Below, one piece after another: positions 8,820-16,252 of a DNA stretch of 64,000 nucleotides. The stretch covers positions 177,511-241,510 of the forward strand of contig CAZOAL010000006.1 of assembly GCA_964577695.1 (NCBI GenBank). The letters are read 5' to 3'. Numbering within the stretch: position 1 is the stretch's first letter; each line of letters starts with the position of its first letter. Position numbers and translations under genes: made by a program. The DNA comes from an uncultured bacterium (GTDB taxonomy: Bacteria > Poribacteria > WGA-4E > PCPOR2b). Below the pieces are notes generated by a model that made no database searches, was not told the DNA's origin, and was given only the letters and a program-made list of their open reading frames with translations.

Positions 8820-11071
8820 AAGCGTTTTTTGAGAAAGCCGCGATGCAAAATCATCCCCTGCGAGTCTTAGAAACCTTCCTTAAACAGGAGAAGGCAAATG
8901 AGCAGGCGAAGAAGTATGACGATATGAGATTTGTCGGATATGTGCTTGAAATTGGCTACGATACAATTACAATCATCACTTGTGATCCATTTAAGATTGC
9001 TGTGGGTGGAGTTCCTCGGAATTCTTTGCTCATAATGGTGCCTGCAAGTCTTGATTCATTGCCTCTTCATTTTACTTTGCTCAGGGTTCTGGAATCTGCA
9101 CCCACTCCATTATCAAAAGAAGTTCAGCAAACCTACTTTGAGTTACAGAAAAAATCTATGCCTGAACTGGATGTATTCACCCAAAGCGAACTGCAATGGG
9201 GAGCACTTAAAACTGCTGTTCTCGGTATGTTCTATCCCCATCCTGAGAAAATGAATGCCGTCGAGTTTTCAGGTGACTTAAATAACTTCGTAAGTGCACA
9301 CAAATATCATGTGTACTCTCCAAATGATGACCTTTTGAATCTGATAGTTAATTCTATGGTACCTGACGAGAATCGCTTTGAAATAGGTAAACTGCGGCTG
9401 ACCGAGTGCCGTCTTCCTTTGCCCAATAAGCCTCTACCTGACGTTACCGTTCATGTTTCAACAAGAGATTTTATGGGTGCACGGACAGCAATGTTCGGTA
9501 AAACTCGACTTGGTAAAAGTAATGTTGTTAAGCTTATTGCCCAAAGCCTGATTGAGACGACAAATTTACAAAAAACGATTTTTGAGATCACAGAAACAAC
9601 TCTTCAGTCGCTAAAAAATGCTGAAGTACCAGAAGGAGTTATAGCAAAATTAGCAGAAAAAGATCAACACGTACAAGGTGTTAGTAAATTCAAAGAAGAA
9701 GTGTTATCTGTTTTAACTAACATTGAACAAAAAAATCACTCAAACATAATTATTGAGTGCTCGCATATTAAAGTAGGTCAACTCATTTTCGACATCACCG
9801 GTGAATACGCTAACGATAATCCACAGGATGATAGCCGCTCCCTTGCAAGTGGATATCCCGATCGTTGTTTTGTGTACGCTCTGAATCCCAAACCCTCGAC
9901 ACTATCGAAACCTTTGAAATTGAATTTTTATGAACAACCCGAAAGTTCGCACCGTATTATTGGAAGTTTGCTAAAACAAGATGGAAGAGCTTCAGGGTAT
10001 ATACAGAGTTTCATTAGTGTCGAATTACCTTCAATAGATGAAGTTAGACAACTGCCACCGGGAGGCGATCAGGTGGGGGCACTTAGGCAGATTCAGATCT
10101 TTTGGGCTATTCTTAAAAAAGCCGGATATCCCGTTGATGAATCTCGCCTTCGTTCAAAAGCTCCGACTGGCAGGGTAGCAAGTCAATTTAATCCTGGCTT
10201 CAGTAAAGATTTAAGAAAAGCAGTTTATGGGGATGAAAATTCCCCGCAACCGCCAAGTAGTCTTGATGAGTTAGTTAAAGAGTTTGAAAGGATAAACCGT
10301 TTTCGTAAGGAGAACTCAGATCACAAGTGCTTGGTCACTGATTCAAACAAATCCTTGTTTGACCCTGATGACATTGCACTCCTGGAATTTTTAGAACCGC
10401 AATCCGGACGGAGTGGAACAACACTTACCCAACCATACAGAATGTATCATGATAAGAATGCAGGAGATTTTATCAATGAAATCCTTAAACTTTTAGATGA
10501 TGGACAAACCGTGATCTTGGATTTAGGTAATGCGAATGAAGAAGTAAGAGACTACTTTTCTAATGAACTTTCAAAAGCAGTTTTTAATCACCAGAATGAC
10601 AAGTTCACAAATAATCGTTTGGGAAACCATTTTGTACAATTATATTTTGAAGAAGCACACAACCTTTTTCCGCACACCGAGGACGTAACTACTATTTACA
10701 GCCGTTTTTCAAAAGAAGGCGCAAAATACCATATCGGCATGGTATATTCCACTCAATCACCAACAACAGTTAATAAAGATTTACTCGCACAAACTGAGAA
10801 TTTCTTTATTGCTCATCTTTCCTCGCAGGATGAAGTCAATGCACTCGCAAGAGTTAACATTGCTTATGACAGCCTGAAAGACGACATACTTCGAGCAAAA
10901 ACCACTGGATATATCAGAATGTTGACTCGCTCACACCGCTTTGTGGTATCAGTACAAGCCAGAAGATTTACACCACCCACCACGGCAAAGGAAGCGGCTT
11001 ATGAAGCCACAGGCTTCCCCACGGCACATAAAAATACACTACCGCTATTTTCAGAGGAGGAAACGATATAA
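8816..11071 (+). CDS. HerA/FtsK-superfamily ATPase (HerA-like, DUF87): HAS-barrel N-terminus, Walker A GKTRLGKS, Walker B FEEAH
   Basis: Walker A at 9497-9524; Walker B LYFEEAHNLF at about 10641-10665; C-terminal YSTQSPTTVNKDLLAQTENFFIAHL resembles the HerA arginine-finger region. Overlaps the MTase by 4 bp. Confidence 0.7.
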   Translation: MKAFFEKAAMQNHPLRVLETFLKQEKANEQAKKYDDMRFVGYVLEIGYDTITIITCDPFKIAVGGVPRNSLLIMVPASLDSLPLHFTLLRVLESAPTPLSKEVQQTYFELQKKSMPELDVFTQSELQWGALKTAVLGMFYPHPEKMNAVEFSGDLNNFVSAHKYHVYSPNDDLLNLIVNSMVPDENRFEIGKLRLTECRLPLPNKPLPDVTVHVSTRDFMGARTAMFGKTRLGKSNVVKLIAQSLIETTNLQKTIFEITETTLQSLKNAEVPEGVIAKLAEKDQHVQGVSKFKEEVLSVLTNIEQKNHSNIIIECSHIKVGQLIFDITGEYANDNPQDDSRSLASGYPDRCFVYALNPKPSTLSKPLKLNFYEQPESSHRIIGSLLKQDGRASGYIQSFISVELPSIDEVRQLPPGGDQVGALRQIQIFWAILKKAGYPVDESRLRSKAPTGRVASQFNPGFSKDLRKAVYGDENSPQPPSSLDELVKEFERINRFRKENSDHKCLVTDSNKSLFDPDDIALLEFLEPQSGRSGTTLTQPYRMYHDKNAGDFINEILKLLDDGQTVILDLGNANEEVRDYFSNELSKAVFNHQNDKFTNNRLGNHFVQLYFEEAHNLFPHTEDVTTIYSRFSKEGAKYHIGMVYSTQSPTTVNKDLLAQTENFFIAHLSSQDEVNALARVNIAYDSLKDDILRAKTTGYIRMLTRSHRFVVSVQARRFTPPTTAKEAAYEATGFPTAHKNTLPLFSEEETI

Positions 11072-12394
11072 ATGCCATACAGAGCCGGACAACGTCTGCC
11101 AGCAGAAAAAGCAAGTCGCTTAGGACACCTTGATGTTCTAAAGAGCGATCTTGTCAAAGAACTATGCCACAGCTTTGAGGATCCCGAACTATCTATCACT
11201 TCACATAACGTTACGTGGGAACCTATACCTTCCAGCGGGGCTGCTGCCTTGCCATTGGTATTTGGCGTCGATGGTTCAATGCAACCTATCGAATCTGAGA
11301 CTCCACCTCATAAAGCGCTTGCATTTGTGAAAACGGCACTTTTAAGGATTGATTCATATGCTCTTGCAAAAATAGATAGAGATTCACCACACCCGTTTGC
11401 TCTAAGAGATATACTTGCAGATTCGGCGTTGTACCATGCCACGGTATTTCCACTAAGGAATGTGAGTATATCAGGACTAAATACCTATGATGCAATTCGC
11501 CAAATCATCTTTGAATCGGTTAAGGACGCCTCTTTGAAGGGCGAACCAATGGAAACGCTCAAATGGATTGTATATGGAAAATGGGATAATCAGGAAAAAG
11601 AACTTCCAAAGTTTGACTGCCCCCACTGTGAGGAGGAAGTTGCCACCCTACCGTATGATGTTGAAGAAGGGAAATGTCCAAAATGTAGCGAGAAATTATA
11701 TATTACCGATATGCTTGGCTTCCATCTAGAAATGGCTCCAGACTCAGCCCCCGATACCATAGCGACTGCATATATGAACATTCACGAGACGTTGCTCCTT
11801 TTTACTGGCATTCGCTACTTCTGGGAAACGAATAGAGATTTCTTATCTACTGATTGCCTTTTTGTGAAAGATGGTCCTCTCTCAATACGCGCTCAATACT
11901 CAAAACTGGTTGCACCAATTCGCCGCTTCTTGGCTTTTGCCAGGGAACAGGGTTATCCTGTGCATATCATTGGACAGGAAAAAACAGGCAGATTTGCAGA
12001 TTACCTACAATTGATAGGAAAGCACGCCCCTGTTCAGTCAATATTCATCCCCAACAATAAACATATTACAGAACATATTCAACATAGACCCCATCGTGGT
12101 GCCCCTTATGGGAGGGATACCAACTACGGTGCTAAAGTTTTCGTAAAAATCAATGACTATCACCAGATGGTATTGAATATTCCAACAGGTGCTTACAAAG
12201 AAAATCCAAAACAATCTGACCTCATTGGTGCTGATAGAATACTTGCTACATTACCGACGATTCTTAGTAATCGCTACGAAGGAGCACTCTTGCCAATTGA
12301 GCTTGCTCATGGTATTGCATCTCTATCAACCTATCCTTCAGCTCAGATTCTCAAAATTTTCGCCGAAAAAGCAATAAGTAAAAATACCCCATAA
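11072..12394 (+). CDS. putative NurA-like (RNase H-fold) nuclease with an inserted CxxC...CxxC zinc ribbon
   Basis: VFGVDGS (about 11258-11278) and LFVKDGPLS motifs resemble NurA motifs I and II; zinc ribbon CPHCEEE...CPKC; start abuts the HerA stop (TAAATG). Confidence 0.45.
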   Translation: MPYRAGQRLPAEKASRLGHLDVLKSDLVKELCHSFEDPELSITSHNVTWEPIPSSGAAALPLVFGVDGSMQPIESETPPHKALAFVKTALLRIDSYALAKIDRDSPHPFALRDILADSALYHATVFPLRNVSISGLNTYDAIRQIIFESVKDASLKGEPMETLKWIVYGKWDNQEKELPKFDCPHCEEEVATLPYDVEEGKCPKCSEKLYITDMLGFHLEMAPDSAPDTIATAYMNIHETLLLFTGIRYFWETNRDFLSTDCLFVKDGPLSIRAQYSKLVAPIRRFLAFAREQGYPVHIIGQEKTGRFADYLQLIGKHAPVQSIFIPNNKHITEHIQHRPHRGAPYGRDTNYGAKVFVKINDYHQMVLNIPTGAYKENPKQSDLIGADRILATLPTILSNRYEGALLPIELAHGIASLSTYPSAQILKIFAEKAISKNTP

Positions 12395-12440
12395 TTGACA
12401 CAGGACGGTGCATAATACAGGGAAAGAGTCGGAGGGAACC

Positions 12441-13988
12441 ATGGACATCGTCGGTCATCGCACACTATCGAGCATCTTCAGCCAGTTTGCGGCGTACCAC
12501 CCTGACAAGACATACCTGATATTTGAGGACCTGGAAGGAAGGTGCGAGCAATGGAGCTTCGCCCAATTCGAGGCGCGGGTCAATCAGACCGCCCGCTGGT
12601 TGACGGCAATGGGGATTCAGCGGGGCGATGCGTTCGCCTACCATGCCCCCAACTCGCCGACGTTCGTTGCGCTGGCTATCGCCGCCAGCCGTATCGGGGC
12701 GGTCATGGTGCCCACTGATCATCGCGCTACCGTCGAGGAGCTCACCTATATCCTCGACCACTCCGAATCGCGGCTCGTCGTCACCGAGCCTGAACAACTG
12801 AGCGTTGCGCAGGTTGCGGCGTCGGCGACCTCTTGCGTGCAAGACATTGTGCTGTCTCGGTGTGAGCGTCCCAACAGGCATCCGATCTTCGAGCGCGAGA
12901 TTGCTAGACAGGAGACCGCTCCGCCTGCCGTCGAGACCAGCCCCGATGATGTCGTCCATACGCTGTACACCTCCGGCACAACCAGCAAGCCCAAAGGCGT
13001 GTTGCTCACCAACAGGGCGTTGATTTACGGGGCTGAAGTCTTCGTTCGGGCGAGCGGGCTGCGAAACGATGACCGGCACCTCATCACACTGCCTGTCTTT
13101 CACGCCGCCGCCCAGTGCCATGCTTTCTGGCCCTCTCTGGTCTGTGGGGCGAGTATTGTCCTGTCTCCAAGATTCAGCCCCACGCGGTTTTTTGGACTCG
13201 CCATCCGGCATGGTTGCACCATGGCGGCGTTATTCTCATCCCCGTTGCGGTTGTTGCTCGCCCAGCCCCCCAACGAGAGTTGGCGAGCGCATCGGCTGAG
13301 AAACGTCACCTTCGCCATCGCCCTGACTGACGGGCAGTTCGCCGAGTGGGATAGGCGGTTCGGCGCGCCACTTCAGCACCTCTGGGGGATGACCGAAACG
13401 GTGGGACTGCCGCTGATGAGTCCGCTTTATGGCCCCCGGAATCTGGCATCTATGGGCCGACCTGTGCTGGGCTACGAGGTGAAAATCGTTGACAACGATG
13501 GAAACGAAGTGCCCCCCGGACAGATTGGACAAATCGTCGTCGCAGCGAAGCCCGGTCACACCGTCATGAAGGGGTATTTCAAGAACGAGAAGGCGACCCA
13601 TGAGACGATTCGGGATGGCTGGCTATATACCGGCGACAATGCCTATTACGATGAGCACGGGTTCCACTATTTCGTAGACCGCGGCAAAGAGATGATCAAG
13701 CGGGGCGGCGAAAACATCGCTCCCAGCGAAGTCGAGGAGGTCATCAAACTCCTTGAGGGCGTGGCTGACGTCGCAGTTGTCGGCGTCCCCGACCCGCTGT
13801 ACGACGAGGTTCCCAAGGCGTTCGTTATTCTCCATCCGGGAGCCACGCTTAACGCCGAACAGATTCTCGAACAGTGTCGCAGGGCGCTCACGAAGTTCAA
13901 GGTGCCTGTGTCGGTGACGTTCTTGAAGGAATTTCCGAGAACCTCTGTTGGAAAAATTCAGAAGCATTTGTTGCGGAATCAGGAATAA
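12441..13988 (+). CDS. AMP-dependent acyl-CoA synthetase/ligase
   Basis: YTSGTTSKPKGV AMP-binding motif; RBS ggaggg before the ATG at 12441. Confidence 0.8.
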   Translation: MDIVGHRTLSSIFSQFAAYHPDKTYLIFEDLEGRCEQWSFAQFEARVNQTARWLTAMGIQRGDAFAYHAPNSPTFVALAIAASRIGAVMVPTDHRATVEELTYILDHSESRLVVTEPEQLSVAQVAASATSCVQDIVLSRCERPNRHPIFEREIARQETAPPAVETSPDDVVHTLYTSGTTSKPKGVLLTNRALIYGAEVFVRASGLRNDDRHLITLPVFHAAAQCHAFWPSLVCGASIVLSPRFSPTRFFGLAIRHGCTMAALFSSPLRLLLAQPPNESWRAHRLRNVTFAIALTDGQFAEWDRRFGAPLQHLWGMTETVGLPLMSPLYGPRNLASMGRPVLGYEVKIVDNDGNEVPPGQIGQIVVAAKPGHTVMKGYFKNEKATHETIRDGWLYTGDNAYYDEHGFHYFVDRGKEMIKRGGENIAPSEVEEVIKLLEGVADVAVVGVPDPLYDEVPKAFVILHPGATLNAEQILEQCRRALTKFKVPVSVTFLKEFPRTSVGKIQKHLLRNQE

Positions 13989-13998
13989 CTAATTTCAG

Positions 13999-14157
13999 CA
14001 TGTTTCAGAAACCTCTTTACACGCTTTGCCGTTGGAAGAAAGGAAGGAGGGGAAGGAAGGGAAGGAAATGCGCGCTCCCTTCCTTTTCTTCCATTCTTCC
14101 ATCCTTCCATCCTTCCATGCAAAGTATCAACTCATTTTTTCAGGAATTTGAAACATG
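13999..14157. mobile_element. MITE-like repeat family A, copy 3 (internal hairpin made of GGAAGG-type units)
   Basis: catgtttcagaaacctctttacac ... caggaatttgaaacatg ends. Confidence 0.7.
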
Positions 14158-14176
14158 CCTCAATAGGAGGATTTAT

Positions 14177-14653
14177 ATGCGTATGACTTGGCTAATCTTC
14201 GCTCTCATGACTGTTGTATCATGGGGGCTTTACGGTGTCTTTCTTCATACCGGTCAAGTGACGATGAGCGATCCGATCCATGGACGTTACAAAGCTTTTC
14301 TTTTCGTCGGGATTGCCTACTTGCTGACAGCGGTCATCGGGTCTGCGTTCATGCTGATAGTCAACGGCGCGTCATGGAGTTTCCCGGCGAAGGGGATGGT
14401 CTGGTCAACCCTTGCGGGGCTCGTCGGCGCTGTGGGGGCATTTTGCGTCTTATTGGCATTTGGCGCGAAGGGAACGCCCCCTGTGGTCATGTCCATCGTT
14501 TTCGCCGGCGCACCAATCATCAATGCAATCGTTGCGATAGCAATGCATCCGCCTGCGGGAGGGTGGGCGAGTTTGCGGTGGCAGTTTGTCCTCGGTATCT
14601 TCTTAGCGGCTCTGGGCGGGTGCCTTGTGACGCTCTTTCGACCGGGGTCGTAG
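14177..14653 (+). CDS. small membrane protein (about 158 aa, 4-5 TM)
   Basis: RBS aggagg at 14165; hydrophobic throughout. Confidence 0.55.
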   Translation: MRMTWLIFALMTVVSWGLYGVFLHTGQVTMSDPIHGRYKAFLFVGIAYLLTAVIGSAFMLIVNGASWSFPAKGMVWSTLAGLVGAVGAFCVLLAFGAKGTPPVVMSIVFAGAPIINAIVAIAMHPPAGGWASLRWQFVLGIFLAALGGCLVTLFRPGS

Positions 14654-14874
14654 GCTGACTTGTGGAGGTATCGGCTGTACTTAGTGCCTATCCGAATAAT
14701 CGGTTTCTGGTAGCGGAAGTCGCCAGACTTCTTCTCCGAATTCTGGTGAATTCGGCTACGGATGACTTTTAGGATAGGTACTTAGGGGATGGACGCTCGT
14801 GAACGTTAGACTGAGGACGTTTTGCCCGAAACTTCCTCAATCTTAAAATAGACTCGCCAAAGGAAGTCCTTATT

Positions 14875-15105
14875 ATGAAAGCAACCGATTCAAGTCACCA
14901 GCGACGAATTCAAAAGGATTTTGAATGGCTGGGGAGCCATCCCGAAGAGAAGCAAAAATATAAGGGAGAATACATCGCCGTGGTGGGCGAAAAAATCGTG
15001 GCGCATGGTGCCAATCTGACGCAAGTCATGACCGAGGCGAAAAAATTCTCCCCCAAACCGTTAATTGCCGCAGTTCCCGAATGGGAGGGCTCGCTGATTG
15101 TATGA
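14875..15105 (+). CDS. DUF5678-like small protein (putative antitoxin-like)
   Basis: Similar layout to ORF 40772-41074 (W..........IAVVGEKIVAHG). Confidence 0.4.
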   Translation: MKATDSSHQRRIQKDFEWLGSHPEEKQKYKGEYIAVVGEKIVAHGANLTQVMTEAKKFSPKPLIAAVPEWEGSLIV

Positions 15106-15197
15106 TTCGTCTTTTTGATTGACGCTATCCCGAATGTGTGGTAGCATAGGCCTTTGGTAGGGGAGGGTACCCATGCCCATCCCTTTGTTTTGCTTGA

Positions 15198-15521
<324 letters not shown>

Positions 15522-15522
15522 G

Positions 15523-15876
15523 ATGAAACTGCTGATGGATGAAAATATGCCCAGAGAAGCGGCCGACTTGCTACGAAATTCAGGACATGATGTCAAGTCC
15601 ATCCAGGATTTGAACTTACAGGGAACGAAAAATGGCGACATCTATCGACTCATACAGGCGGAAGATCGAATGCTCGTCACATTAGATTTGGATTTTGCCA
15701 ATATTCTGAACTATCCCACGCAGACGCATCCGGGAATCATTGTTTTGCGAGTTCGAGTACAAAATCCACCCTCAATCGTAGCAACCTTGCAACGTTTTCT
15801 CCAACAAGTGACCCCTGATCGACTGAAGGGAAATCTGACGATTGTTGATGAATTTCGCTACCGGATGAGGTCCTGA
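15523..15876 (+). CDS. DUF5615 (PIN-like) protein paired with DUF433
   Basis: MKLLMDENMP N-terminus; overlaps the upstream DUF433 gene. Confidence 0.55.
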   Translation: MKLLMDENMPREAADLLRNSGHDVKSIQDLNLQGTKNGDIYRLIQAEDRMLVTLDLDFANILNYPTQTHPGIIVLRVRVQNPPSIVATLQRFLQQVTPDRLKGNLTIVDEFRYRMRS

Positions 15877-15966
15877 TGATTTTTCATCATCTCCCGAATG
15901 GAAGGGCTTGATGATTGTATGATTTGCAAAGATTAGCAACCTGCCACAAGGAAGGAGGGATAAAAA

Positions 15967-16158
15967 ATGCTCAATACACACCAAGCAATCGTTCACAACG
16001 GCGAAATTAGACTTTTAGAACCCGTCAACCTACCAGAAGGCGCAAAAATTCTCCTGACGGTTCTACAAGACGATCCGAATGATTTCTGGATGGCAGCCAG
16101 TCAATCTTCACTTGAAAAAATTTGGGGCAATGCCGAGGACGATGTTTATGAGCAGTGA
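15967..16158 (+). CDS. small antitoxin-like protein (DUF104-like?)
   Basis: 63 aa, IVHNGEIRLLEPVNLPEGAKILLTV; weak recognition. Confidence 0.3.
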   Translation: MLNTHQAIVHNGEIRLLEPVNLPEGAKILLTVLQDDPNDFWMAASQSSLEKIWGNAEDDVYEQ

Positions 16159-16252
16159 CTCGAAATCAGATGCTCAACAACTCCAGCATTCGATTAAACA
16201 GTGGCTTGGATTTCCTTAACAAGATGATACAAAACTCAAGGAGGTTTTTACC

